Assembly (NCBI RefSeq): GCF_006345805.1
Contig: NC_043008.1
Span: forward strand, 45,570,001 to 45,634,000
Direction: 5' to 3'
Source: Octopus sinensis
Taxonomy: Eukaryota
Length of the DNA stretch: 64,000 nt
Shown here piece after piece: positions 1 through 12,639 of this stretch. The position numbers and the translations under genes are program-made. Under the pieces are notes generated by a model that was given only the letters and a program-made list of their open reading frames with translations, was not told the DNA's origin and made no database searches. Numbering within the stretch: the stretch's first letter is position 1; each line of letters begins with the position of its first letter.

Positions 1-35
<35 letters not shown>

Positions 36-247
36 TATATATATGTATATATATATGTATATATCTATATATATATAGGTATATATATATATAGGTATAT
101 ATATATATATATAATATATGTATATATATATATGTGTATATATATAGGTATATATATAATATATATATATTGTATATATATATGTGTATATATATGTATA
201 TATATATATTGTATATATATGTATATATATATGTGTATATATATATA

Positions 248-294
<47 letters not shown>

Positions 295-311
295 ATATAT
301 ATATATATACT

Positions 312-345
<34 letters not shown>

Positions 346-365
346 TGTATGCATGCATGTATGTA
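1..365. repeat. (TA)n/(TATG)n compound microsatellite
   Basis: Directly visible dinucleotide and tetranucleotide tracts. Confidence 0.98.
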
Positions 366-780
366 TGTCAGCGTACACGCGTAGTGTTTTGCATAGTTTC
401 AAACTACGAAATCCCATTCGCATTATAGTTAAATAATGTGATAATTATAATGAGACACCGAAGTTATAGCAGAAGACAATTGCAGAAGGTGCCGTATAAT
501 CGTATCGAACTCAAACCAGCAGTGTCATGAAATGAACACGTTAATCGCATGCACGCGCGCCTCTGTATACACACACACACACACACACACCTTTGAATAT
601 GCATATATATGATTATATGTACTGCATACAAACACATAAAGATGTGTGTATGTGCGTGAGTGTGTGAATGTGTAGGCTATTGTCATAGCTTATGTAACGT
701 TTGTGTGTTTGGACAGTTTAATGAACAGAAATTGTTGCCGTCTAACCGTTTCCCTCTTGTTTATAATTATCAAACTTATT

Positions 781-793
781 TTCATCATCATCA

Positions 794-888
<95 letters not shown>

Positions 889-922
889 ATTATTATTATT
901 ATTAATAATATTATTATTATTT
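781..922. repeat. (ATC)n/(ATT)n microsatellite
   Basis: Directly visible trinucleotide run, abutting the SINE at 925. Confidence 0.98.
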
Positions 923-924
923 AT

Positions 925-1940
925 GAGGCGGCGAGCTGGCAGAATCGTTAGCACGCCGGGAAAAATGGTTAGTATTTCTTCTGTCGTTACGTTCTGAGTT
1001 CAAATTCCGCCGAGGTCAACTTTGCCTTTCATCCTTTCGGGGTCGATTAAATAAGTACCAGTTACGCACTGGGGTCGATGTAATTGACTTATCCGCTTGT
1101 CTCTCCTTGTTTGTCCTCTCTGTGTTTAGCCCCTTGTGGGTGGTAAAGAAATAGGTATTTCTTCTGCCGCTACGTTCTGAGTTCAAATTTCGCCGAGTTC
1201 GTCTTTGCCTTTTATCCTTTCAGGGTCGATTAAATAAGTAACAGTTGCGTACTGGGGTTGATGTAATCTACTTCGTCCCTTTCTCCAAATTTGATGCCTT
1301 GATTCCAATAGAAAGGATTATTATTCAGGCGGAGAACTGGCAGAGTCGTTAGTATGTTGGGCGAAATGCTTAGCGGTATTTCGTCTGTTGCTCCGTTACG
1401 AGTTCAAATTCCCCCAAGGACGACTTTGCTTTTCATCCTTTCGGGGTCGATGAATTAAATGCCACCTGAGTATTAGGGTCGATCAAATCGACTTAGCCCT
1501 CCCCCCAAATTTAAGGCCTTGTGCCTTTAGTAGAAAGGATTATCATTAATACCGTTCTACGTTCCGTGTTCAAATTGCGCAGAGGTCGACTTTGCATTTC
1601 ATCCTTTCTGGGTCAATAAATAAGAACCACTAGAGTTGATGTAATCGACTTATCGTCTTCTCCAAAATTTCTGCCTCTGTGGCAAAATTTAAAACCATTA
1701 TTATTTTTATTATTGAGCCGGCGAGCTGGCAGATCGTTAACACGCCGAACAAAATGCTTAGCGGCATTTCTTCCGATTCATTACGTTCTGAATTCAAATT
1801 CTCTCAGGGTCGACTTTGCCTGCAGTTCCCTCGGGGTCGATAAAATGAGTACCATTTGAGCATGTTGAGTTGGGTCGATAAATCGACGAGTTTCTTTTTC
1901 TCAAAATTCAGGCCTTGCGCCAATAGTAGAAAGGATTATT
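925..1940 (+). mobile_element. Tandem cluster of about 5 copies of a tRNA-derived SINE (family S1, ~210 bp, ATT-tailed)
   Basis: Repeated head GGCGGCGAGCTGGCAGAATCGTTAG with A-box-like TGGCAGAATCG and B-box GAGTTCAAATTCC (996-1008). Shared body TTTGCCTTTCATCCTTTCGGGGTCGAT and tail GTAGAAAGGATTATT. Confidence 0.85.
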
Positions 1941-4087
1941 GTTTGTGGTGGTAGTGTTTAAAATAATTAGAGAAGCAAGAATTGGATCAACAGTTTGTCA
2001 AAATTATCTCTATTGGGGAGTTTAATTGACATGCCCGCAATATAACTTACGTTGTCTCCCAAACCTCTAGGGTCTATTAAAATGAGATGTTATCATTAGA
2101 AATTTCATAGAACTTTGTAATTAAAAGATTTTAATTAGCAATTTTCAATGTATTGTTGATTCCAGAACAACTTATATGCTAATGAAATTATCTTGACCAG
2201 CCAGTAAGTCATATATCTGTCTGTCTGTCTGCCTTTCTCCCTCTCTCTCTCTCTCTCTCTCCTCCTAAGTGTCTCTAGTTCTGTCTCTACAACACTTTAA
2301 ATTATTTTCTCCACTGCTCGTTCTCATAAAGAAAGATACATAACAAAATTTACACACATATATACGCAAGCATGTACTCGTGGGCTACGAATAGATAAAT
2401 ATGACGGCGATATAGTCGTTTCTATTTAGTTTTGTTGATATTTGACAACCCATCAAGATTATCTCACATATGCGTGGAGTAGAGATAGAATGAAATAGTG
2501 AAAGAATGTTGGAATATGATGTAGATTGTCACTTGCATACATACTTGGATATATGCATGCATAAACGCGTATGCCTGTATAAAATTTTATTTACATACAT
2601 GCTTATTTGCATACAGCCAAGCATAGATAACAACTAGATGCATGTATACCTTTATAAGCATACCTGTAATCATATGCATAGGTCAAGACTAGTGGAAGTA
2701 CAGCTCTACTTCATTCCGTCATCGAACAGTAATAACTATTATAATTCAAAAGAGCATTTGCCAATGAACCTACCTAACTTTTGGAACATTCACTCGATCG
2801 GCCTAGCAAGGTAATTGAAGTTATTTGCATAATATCGAGAATGTTAAAATGTTCCCAGAAACATTTACCACAATACATGGTGCAGAGTAACGTAAAAGTT
2901 ACAGCAAAAGATATTGCTATCAATGCCGACATATGAACGCTATTTTGTGACGCAATATGGGTAAGTGGTGACCGTCGGTGGAAGGTCAGGTAACTTCTCT
3001 ATGAATAATTAGCTATGAAACCTAAATACAATAAACCTAGAGCCGTGAAACTCCCTCCAAATGAGAAATATCAGCTGTTACATATGTAGAGTTTATGCCA
3101 TGCGAAACTAGAAAGTTAGGCGAAAAACATAGTAGCAGAAGCAACATCAAAATAAGCAGTAATCGAAGCAGCGATTAGCGCAACCGGTCTAAATCCCAGA
3201 AACTGTGCACCTGATTGCCTCGTATTCTGTTTAGGACGGAGAAGAGGTCAAAATGGTGGTTGGTGTGGGAGAAAAAGCAAGTAAAGAATTGAACGTAAAA
3301 CAGAAGAATGTTTTTCCCTGAAAGATAAAATGACGTTCATGTGTTTGCGATTGATTCAAGCTGGGTCTTTAGAAAGTTTAAAATATTGAGGTTGTACTGT
3401 ACAAAATTGAAGTTTTACAACTTATTTATAAGTCGGCATTTGATAGGGCATTATGATTCTTCATAATGTGAAACAAAGTAACTTAGAGAAAAGTATTGTT
3501 ACTATTTCAAAGCTAAAAGTCTTTAAGCGCGTCTTGGTTTACATCTCTTTTCAACATATGTGACAAGTGGAGTGCTTCCAACTAAAACAATTGCTGCTTT
3601 TGGACTAATGTATGGGTGGGTTACTGAAGACTTTCTTCGTGTTTATTTCATGAAAATGATATTTTGGGAGTAAGATTTGACATAATTTTTTAATTCACTG
3701 TTTTTAATTTACATCAAATTTTTAGCTTATTCTTAAATATATTGTAAAAAGCTTTTAACACCACGTTTTTTATATGACAATTTTTATTCATCCCGCTGCC
3801 ACGTTTATTATTAACCCTGTTTATACATTTATATTTGTGCATTTGAAAAGTCTTCTGTGTTCTATAAACAATCATCATTTTAATATGTTAGCAGAAGACT
3901 AGCAATTTTAGTGGGGAAGAATGAGTCGGTTCACTGAACCCCAACGTATTACTGGTACATTATTTTATCACCCACAAAAGGTTGAAAGGTTCAAAGCTTG
4001 TAAAGTATCGGGAGAAATACCGCAATACATTACTTCGAAGCTTGTAGCGATTCTACTGACCCACCACGTGAATAATAATAATAATAA

Positions 4088-4293
4088 TCCTTTCTACTAA
4101 AGGCATAAGACCTGATATTTTGGGGGTGGGGTCCAGTAGATTACATTGATACCAGTATTTCACAGGTACTTAATTTGTCGACCCCGAAAGGATGAAGAGC
4201 AAAACCGACCACAGCGAAATCTGAACTAAGAATGTAAAGACGGACGAAATACCACTTCGCCCGGCGTGCTAACAGTTCTGCCAGTTTGCCGCC
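4088..4293 (-). mobile_element. S1 SINE, full length
   Basis: Reverse complement of the 925 element, from head (GGCGGCAAACTGGCAGAACTGTTAG) to tail (GTAGAAAGGATTATT). A partial copy lies at ~3900-4065. Confidence 0.85.
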
Positions 4294-4340
4294 TTAATCA
4301 TCATCATAATAATAATAATAACAACAATACTATTATTATA

Positions 4341-4557
4341 GAAAATAAAACGTTTTGAATGGTACAACAATGCACTATAATACAAGCAATGGGCTATATG
4401 CTTGTTGTAATTTAGTCATCCATACTCTGATAATATTTCTGAATAAAATTCCTTTTTCAGAAATAATATCAGACTATGGATAGCTAAATTACAACAGGTA
4501 TATAGCCCATTGTTTGCATCATAATGCATTGTTGTACCATTCAAAACTTTTATTCTT
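4341..4557. repeat. ~200-bp foldback palindrome (MITE-like)
   Basis: Arms 4352-4443 and 4456-4547 are reverse complements with about 10 mismatches in 92 bp and a 12-nt loop. TA occurs just outside the extended arms. Confidence 0.8.
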
Positions 4558-4599
4558 TACAAACAATGCACAATGCTTCAAGCGAACTACAATACTCTC

Positions 4600-4624
4600 C
4601 TATACTATTATATTATTATTATTA

Positions 4625-4710
<86 letters not shown>
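4600..4710. repeat. (ATT)n microsatellite
   Basis: Directly visible. Confidence 0.98.
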
Positions 4711-4711
<1 letters not shown>

Positions 4712-4925
4712 GGCGGGTAGTAAGCAAAATTGTTATTACGCTGGGCGGATTTCTTAGTGACATTTCGTCCGTCTTTATGTTCTGAGTTGAAATCCTGCCG
4801 AGGTTGGCTATGTCTTTCATCCTTTCGGGTTCGATTAAATAAGCACCAGTTAAGGCATTGGGTTAATGTAATCAACTTAGCCCCCTCCTCGAATTTTCCT
4901 GTCTTGTACCAAAATTTGAAATTAG
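4711..4925 (+). mobile_element. S1 SINE, full length
   Basis: Same head, B-box (GAGTTGAAATCC) and body as the 925 copy; follows (ATT)n. Confidence 0.8.
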
Positions 4926-5779
4926 TATTATTTTTATTATTGTTATCATCACCATCATCATCGTAGTGTCAAGATGACTGATTTTCTTTTCAAAACCCCT
5001 CTACCGAATGAAATTTATGTTAGCTTACATAAATAAATGTAATTGTTGAAAACGGGCAGTGGGCTGCACTCGATATTCGGTGGTGCGCAGCAAAAAGAAA
5101 AGGGGTTTGTTCGACTAAGTTTTACAATTTTATTTGGCCATATTACATTTTCACATCCAACTCCTACACTTAATTAGTTTCCCACTACAAAGCTACACGA
5201 TGGCTGTAAAACAGCACAAGGCAAAACACTAAAAAAATGTAGAAGAGGAAGAATAAAATGAATTGTATATCTAGGAATGGATAAAATAAATGTATCGAAC
5301 CTGAAGTATGTAATGTAAAAGATAGGAGCAGTATTGACCACATTAATAGCATCTATTACCTGATATTGCGGCCCGTTCATATAGCGGCTCTCTGCAAACA
5401 AACCTTCCGCAAACATAAAATGAACAAACAATGTTTGGACCTATTATAATTATAAATGAAAGAAATGTAGATGGGTAAATTTTTGTAAAATCAAGCAGTA
5501 CTTTGCTGCCACAGGAGCTAACCCAGAAGAAGATGAAGAAAAAGATTAGTTATCTTTACGAAAAGTGGGAACCGAATGAAAATTCCCCTCACGTCAAGTA
5601 GTACAATAAGCATTGCAGGACATCAAAAGCTACCACAATTCAAAGAGCCAACAACCACTACCCTAACTGATGTACTTTATTAGTGAAAACGCTGAGGTTG
5701 AAACTGTCAGACATACCTTCGACTGTATATTTGTACTACAGTACAGGAGATGAAGAAACACAAAAACCACAATAAGAGT

Positions 5780-7085
5780 AATTGGGCATGACGTAGGTGC
5801 ATAACAAGTGGTGGATTTATATTGCAGTAAGGAATGATGTACAAATCAGTTTTAGCAAAAAGTGATATGGGGGTAGGAGTGTAAAAAAACGGACTTGCAC
5901 GTCTTCATGACCCCCGAAGGTCACCAAAACCAGATCGGAAATGTCTCTGTGCATTCTATTTGGTAGAAAACAATGGGTAAGAAACTGCTGATAGCCTAAT
6001 TATATATATTGCGATAAAAGACATGGGTCTGAAAGCTCCGAGGAATTGTGGGAATATTAAGCAAAAAGAATGAAAAGAATATAATGAAAGTAAACAGCAA
6101 TAACAAAAAACAACAAAATCTAATTTCCCGAGTACCTACAGTCGAAGCAGTTGGGATGGTCTAGAAAGTATCTTAAGACTCTGTATCACAAATAGAGGTT
6201 CAATTACAAAGTCTCATAACAGTGCCAGCCTGTTGTGCACATCTTCATCGACGAAGAATAATAAATACGAAGGGAAGAAGAGGAAAAAATAGTGAAAACA
6301 AAATACATAGCATTAAACAACGAACTTGGTAAAGAGGAACCATTTTTCTAAACGTCAGCGAGATATCTCTTGAGAAAAGTAACGAAAGAAATGCAGAGAA
6401 TGAAGATGAAATAAAAGTCATTGGTTTTTGAAACTCAAAGAGGTAAGAAGCGGAAATATACATCTGTGCTGCAACAGACTCTGCGAGGAAGTTTGAAATT
6501 CACAATAGGGTTAAGTTTAAAATGAAACATGCAAAAGATAACCAAATAGTAATATTGGGATATTATACCGAACTGTGAAAAAGAAAAAAAAAACACTGCA
6601 ACATGTTGGTGTAATTTAATAACAAATGTCTCAAAATACTTACTGGTACACTCGGTTGCACTTGGACATAAGATGAGAAACCGTAAGTGAACTGAGATGT
6701 GGTCTATATAACTCAGAATAGCAAGAAAATACTTCATGTATTTCTTTAAATGATATCTACTAAATAATTGTATGGGTACAAGTTTTCCTTTACTTTCGTG
6801 CAGATATATGAGTATGTGCATATATAAGCATAAAAAGAATTAGAGAGAAAAGATTGTCAAATATATGAGCCAGGCAAATGGGCTAAGATACTTAAATATG
6901 AAAATCAAAACACTATTCCTGTTGTCATAGAAACGCCATTGATAACACGAAACTCATTTTGTTCAGCAAATTGTAACGTAAGAAGTGGAAGTCGTATAAC
7001 AGGGTGACAGAAAAATGCCAGACTCTTTTCTGCAAGTAGTGTGTGAGAGTTGAACAGGCTTTTTATCTCTAGATTTCAACATATT
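5780..7085 (+). mobile_element. Highly degraded R4/Dong-like non-LTR retrotransposon (C-terminal region)
   Basis: Frameshifted peptides in the expected order: EAEIYICAA (~6440-6470), CEKEKKTLQHV (~6560-6605), REKIVKY..LNMKIK/TIPVVI (~6845-6930), QKNARLFSA..LNRLL (~7008-7070). These parallel R4/Dong motifs ETEALICAAQEQ, CRxC..ETVQHI, EKIEKYQDL..VIPVVIG and QKTALLGTARILRKVL. Confidence 0.5.
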
Positions 7086-7112
7086 AATCCATTTGCCATA
7101 ATCAAAAGGATT

Positions 7113-7121
7113 CTTCTTCTT

Positions 7122-7185
<64 letters not shown>

Positions 7186-7232
7186 GCTAATACTACTAAT
7201 ACTACCACCACCACCACCACCACCACCACTAC
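7113..7232. repeat. (CTA)n/(CCA)n microsatellite
   Basis: Directly visible. Confidence 0.97.
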
Positions 7233-7240
7233 TTTTATGT

Positions 7241-7762
7241 GAGAGCAGCGTATGCCATCAAAGTGACGCTGGGGTGCAAATAAACGAAGTCCAATATACA
7301 CATCATGACTATCCATCTGATAAGGGAGCACCAGACACATGCATCGCAACCACATGTGCGCAATATGGGGATCTCATAGCAAGATAGCAGTGCATGACCT
7401 TGCAGGTGGGGCCCAGTTAAAATTTTCATCCCGCGCAAAAGTTCCCTGAATAAGGTTTGTTTGAGTATGTTGAATGAAATAGCCATGTTTCCAGAGGTGA
7501 ATTATACAAATCCCAAAGAATCCCTCTCAACTCATGGCTATGATGCTCCCCCACTACTTCTGCTCGTGATCAGAGATGCACATATCTTCCACTATTAAGG
7601 AACATGCTCAACTGCTTAAGGTCAAGTAACTGACAAGCAAGTATGTGGTATGGAGCAAAATATTTACTGTAGATCATCTTGTACAAGATAATACCTGTAC
7701 GCGGTAACACTTCCAATAAATTAAGTTCAAAATCCACGAGAGCCTGCTATTGCATCAGGGTA
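7241..7762. mobile_element. Unclassified ~550-bp interspersed repeat (diverged copy, inverted relative to 8501-9050)
   Basis: Colinear with the reverse complement of 8501-9050 (e.g. CATGACCTTGCAGGTGGGG, GGCTATGATGCTCCCCCACTA, GGAACATGCTCAACTG). Flanked by trinucleotide repeats. Confidence 0.8.
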
Positions 7763-7819
7763 TAAATTATTATTTATTGTTATTATTATTATCATTATTA
7801 ATATTAATAATAATAATAA

Positions 7820-7950
7820 TTCCGCCGAGGTTGATTTTGCCTTTCATCCTTTTGAGTCGATAAATTAATTATCACTTGAGTACTGGGGTCGATGTAATCG
7901 ACTTAATCCTTCACCCAAAACTTCAAGCGTTGTGATTTTAGTAGAAAGTA
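7820..7950 (+). mobile_element. 5'-truncated S1 SINE
   Basis: TTCCGCCGAGGTTGATTTTGCCTTTCATCC...GTAGAAAGTATTATT. Confidence 0.8.
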
Positions 7951-8013
7951 TTATTATTATTATTATTATTATGAGGGTGCATGGCTTAGTGGTTACGAAT
8001 GATAGCAAAATTG

Positions 8014-8297
8014 GCTGATTCCTACCGAGCTCAGGTACTAGGAAATCCCCAAATGGCAGAAATTCAAAAGATAGTTCTCATGGCAACTGCCCATATCGTA
8101 CGTAAAATACTGTATATGTAATCTCAAATTTTAAAACAAACTCATAATTTTCTTATATTTTATTAAACGTTTTTTAGAACAATACTGTATGATACCCTAG
8201 ACATAACATCAGCATCAACTTCTAACTTTTTTTTGATGTCTCTGGGTGAGACTTGGAGTCAACTTGTACAAATACAAAGCAAAAGTTAAACAGAATA
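8014..8297 (+). mobile_element. R4/Dong-like LINE 3' end (ORF C-terminus plus 3' UTR)
   Basis: 8014-8121 translates as ADSYRAQVLGNPQMAEIQKIVLMATAHIVRKILYM*, matching the R4/Dong terminal QKxxLxGTAxILRKxL motif. About 175 bp of UTR follows and runs into AATAGTAAT(ACT)n. Confidence 0.75.
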
Positions 8298-8359
8298 GTA
8301 ATACTACTACTACTGCTGCTACTGCTACTACTACAACTACTACTACAACTACTACTACA

Positions 8360-8395
<36 letters not shown>

Positions 8396-8396
8396 T

Positions 8397-8456
<60 letters not shown>

Positions 8457-8490
8457 TTACTACTACTATTACTACTACTACTACTAATAA
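8298..8490. repeat. (CTA)n microsatellite
   Basis: Directly visible. Similar arrays lie at 9885-10005, 11388-11545 and 16835-16925. Confidence 0.97.
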
Positions 8491-8500
8491 TAATAAAAAT

Positions 8501-9050
8501 AAATGCCCTGATGCAGTACCAGACAGTGGCTCTCGTGGCTTCTGATCTTAACTGATTGGAAGTGTTATCATGTACGTTGTTTTGTCTTGGTATAAAGGAT
8601 GGGATACAGCAAATATTCTGCTCAATACCAAGGATTTGCCTGTCAGTTGTTTGACCTTAATCAGTTGAGCATGTCCCTTAGTGGCTAATGATATGTGAAT
8701 CTCTGACCACGAGCAAAATTAGTGGGGGAGCATCATAGCCGTGTGTTAAAAGGAATTCTTGGAGGTTTGGATAATTCACCTTTGGAAACATGGGTGGTTC
8801 GTTCAACATCCTTAAACAATCCTTATTCAGGGACCTTTTGAGCGGGATGGGCTACTCGACCTGAAGAAAATTCTAACTGAGCCCCACCTGCAAGGTCATG
8901 CGCTGTTTATCTTGATATGAGATGACCATGTTGTGCACATATGGTTGTGATGCATGTTCCTGGTGTACCCTTATCAGACGGGTAGTCATGATGGGTATAC
9001 TGGGCTTCGTATATTTTACCCCAGTGTCACTTGATGGCACGCACTCTCTC
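8501..9050. mobile_element. Unclassified ~550-bp interspersed repeat (further copies 10012-10561 and partial 15605-15971)
   Basis: Begins AAATGCCCTGATGCAGTACC and ends GCACGCACTCTCTC; flanked by (TAA)-type repeats on both sides; no ORF. Confidence 0.85.
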
Positions 9051-9069
9051 AATAATAATAATAATAATA

Positions 9070-9154
<85 letters not shown>

Positions 9155-9156
<2 letters not shown>

Positions 9157-9381
9157 AAGTGAACGAAATACCAGAGAGATCAGATGAAGAAAATTTTGCA
9201 GGACAAGAAAATGCACAGCCAGTTCTTCAAGACTAAAGATGAGATTGATTGGAATAGAACCTGGCATTAGCTGCAGAAAAGAGACTTAAAATGGCCCACT
9301 GCGGTATTAGTGTGCTGTGCTTTAAAAAAAGCTCTCAGAACAAACCCCTCCAAATATCACATTGATAAAAGCACTGAAGGA
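9155..9381 (+). mobile_element. R4/Dong-like ORF fragment (copies at ~10657-10883 and ~16102-16330)
   Basis: Translates as KKILQDKKMHSQFFKTKDEIDWNRTWH*LQKRDLKWPTAVLVCCALKKALRTNPSKYHIDKSTEG, resembling the R4/Dong segment KxMHGQF..W.WL..LK.ETE..CAAQEQALRTN..K..IDK just before the CCHC motif. Confidence 0.75.
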
Positions 9382-9915
9382 TGTGCTCTGAGAATATACA
9401 TATCAGGACAAACTGTGAAGATAGGGTACATCTTATTAGACACATGCATCAACCCAATTGTGCCAGACATGGCGACCTCACACCAAAGTTAGCAGCACAG
9501 TTAGTGTTTTATTCGAGTCGAGTAGCACATCCCGCTAAAAAATTCTCTGAATAAGAATTGTTTAACGATGATAAACAAAACGAGTATGTTTCCAGAGGTT
9601 TAGAGCAGAATGTCTACTGTAGCCCATCTTTTACACCAAAGCAAAACATATAGATGATAACCCTTCCAATCAGTTAAGATGAGAAGTCATGAGAGCCATT
9701 GCCTGGACAATTGATATTATCATCATTATTAGTATTAATAGTTGCAGTAGTAGTAGTGGCAACAATAACAGTAATAATAATAGTTTTAAATTTTAGCGCA
9801 AAGCCATTTTCGTGAACCGAATACCCTAAGCACTAATACTTATATTTACCGACCTTGAAAAGATGAAAGTCAAAGTTGACGGTATACTGCTGCTGCTGCT
9901 ACTACTACTACTACT

Positions 9916-9948
<33 letters not shown>

Positions 9949-10580
9949 TACTACTACTACTACTACTATTACTACTACTATACTACTACTACTACTAATA
10001 ATAATAAAAATAAATGCCCTGATGCAGTACCAGACAGTGGCTCTCGTGGCTTCTGATCTTAACTGATTGGAAGTGTTATCATGTACGTTGTTTTGTCTTG
10101 GTATAAAGGATGGGATACAGCAAATATTCTGCTCAATACCAAGGATTTGCCTGTCAGTTGTTTGACCTTAATCAGTTGAGCATGTCCCTTAGTGGCTAAT
10201 GATATGTGAATCTCTGACCACGAGCAAAATTAGTGGGGGAGCATCATAGCCGTGTGTTAAAAGGAATTCTTGGAGGTTTGGATAATTCACCTTTGGAAAC
10301 ATGGGTGGTTCGTTCAACATCCTTAAACAATCCTTATTCAGGGACCTTTTGAGCGGGATGGGCTACTCGACCTGAAGAAAATTCTAACTGAGCCCCACCT
10401 GCAAGGTCATGCGCTGTTTATCTTGATATGAGATGACCATGTTGTGCACATATGGTTGTGATGCATGTTCCTGGTGTACCCTTATCAGACGGGTAGTCAT
10501 GATGGGTATACTGGGCTTCGTATATTTTACCCCAGTGTCACTTGATGGCACGCACTCTCTCAATAATAATAATAATAATA

Positions 10581-10658
<78 letters not shown>

Positions 10659-11400
10659 AAGTGAACGAAATACCAGAGAGATCAGATGAAGAAAATTTTG
10701 CAGGACAAGAAAATGCACAGCCAGTTCTTCAAGACTAAAGATGAGATTGATTGGAATAGAACCTGGCATTAGCTGCAGAAAAGAGACTTAAAATGGCCCA
10801 CTGCGGTATTAGTGTGCTGTGCTTTAAAAAAAGCTCTCAGAACAAACCCCTCCAAATATCACATTGATAAAAGCACTGAAGGATGTGCTCTGAGAATATA
10901 CATATCAGGACAAACTGTGAAGATAAGGGTACATCTTATTAGACACATGCATCAACCCAATTGTGCCAGACATGGCGACCTCACACCAAAGTTAGCAGCA
11001 CAGTTAGTGTTTTATTCGAGTCGAGTAGCACATCCCGCTAAAAAATTCTCTGAATAAGAATTGTTTAACGATGATAAACAAAACGAGTATGTTTCCAGAG
11101 GTTTAGAGCAGAATGTCTACTGTAGCCCATCTTTTACACCAAAGCAAAACATATAGATGATAACCTTCCAATCAGTTAAGATGAGAAGTCATGAGAGCCA
11201 TTGCCTGGACAATTGATATTATCATCATTATTAGTATTAATAGTTGCAGTAGTAGTAGTGGCAACAATAACAGTAATAATAATAGTTTTAAATTTTAGCG
11301 CAAAGCCATTTTCGTGAACCGAATACCCTAAGCACTAATACTTATATTTACCGACCTTGAAAAGATGAAAGTCAAAGTTGACGGTATACTGCTGCTGCTG

Positions 11401-11542
<142 letters not shown>

Positions 11543-11554
11543 TAAATAATAATA

Positions 11555-11770
11555 ATGGTTTCAAATTTTGGCACAATGCCAGCAATATTGGGAGAGGAGC
11601 TAAATCGAATACTTCGTCCTGAGTGTTCAACTGGTACTTATTTTATCGACTCTAAATGGATTGAAAGGCAAAGTCGACCTCGGTGGAGTTTGAACTCAGA
11701 ACGTAGCGGTAGAAGAAATAACGCTAAGAATCTTGTGCAGAGTTCTAACGGTTCTCTCAGCTGAGCGCCT
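11555..11770 (-). mobile_element. S1 SINE (duplicate at 16938-17152)
   Basis: Reverse complement contains the B-box GAGTTCAAACTCC and the S1 body. Confidence 0.8.
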
Positions 11771-11789
11771 CAGCTGAGCTGGTCGAGAC

Positions 11790-12240
11790 AATGGAATTTA
11801 CTATCTTTCGTCAGACTTCACGGTCCATCATAGAATTACGGAGGTCCTGTTGCTGGATGCCTGTATCTCTGGAGAATACATCAGGGTAGGAGAGTGTGCG
11901 CCCTCCGGTATCGCAAGCAAATGGCTTCCAGAGAAGAGTAGAAATTACCTCGTTTTCAGCAATACAACAATGTCCAGCAAACTGGACTCTTCTACCTTTC
12001 ACAAGAGATGATACATGTGGTAATTTCCCATAGATTTGTACTTTGTTTGGATGACGCTTCCACGAGAGATTTTGAGCTCTCATAAGAAGGCGAGTGTAAG
12101 TTCCATCCAACCGCCTCTCAAGCTTCTTTGATAACGTCCAGGTTTCTGAGTCATATAGTAGAACTGGTTTGACTGTGGCTTTGAAGATTTTAAGTTTGAA
12201 ATCTCTACTTAGATTTGATGACCAGAACTTTGGATGAAAT
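11790..12240 (-). mobile_element. RTE-clade LINE 3' fragment
   Basis: KLKIFKATVKPVLLYDSETW followed by DGTYTRLLMRAQNLSWKRHP...RRVQFAGHC..LLWKP, the typical RTE post-RT region. Confidence 0.85.
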
Positions 12241-12639
12241 GCTGCTAAGCATTATGCCTGGCATGCTCACGCACGTTGGTGTCAGTATGCGTATGTGTAC
12301 GTGCTCATGCATGGGTACCTCTGTTTCCAGCCAGCATTAAAATATTTCTTAGTACGTTCTTCTACATATCATATAACGTCTCCAACTCTCAAATGTATTT
12401 TTTCCACATTGTTATTTCATTCTTTGAAACCCCGAGTAAAAATTGATAATTCTTTGTATCGCCACCAGCGCTTCAGGCGAATAAAGACTACGACTATTCA
12501 CTTAGACTACGCCAAAAGCATTAATAGTTTGAAATTTAAGGATAATATGGCCAGTCATTCAGTTCGCAAACACTACTTACAGAAAAGAGGCTGGCATTTT
12601 TCTGTAACTATGTTATATGACAGTCACATCTAATGTCAC

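Noticed and set aside
925-1940. Repeat-spacer-like array resembling CRISPR
   Set aside because: The units are ~200-bp SINEs with Pol III boxes. There are no short constant repeats with unique spacers, no cas genes, and the context is eukaryotic.
2166-2203. Possible 38-nt exon (TTCCAG|AAC...CCA|GTAAGT; NNLYANEIILTS)
   Set aside because: Too short to distinguish from chance splice-like motifs, and no recognisable protein.
2850-2995. Strong donor-like GTAAGT at 2961
   Set aside because: All three upstream frames contain stops; at best a UTR exon, and unsupported.
8922-9236. Triplicated ORF MTMLCTYGCDACSW... as a small gene family
   Set aside because: It lies in the non-coding 550-bp repeat and runs into a microsatellite; the triplication reflects the local duplication.
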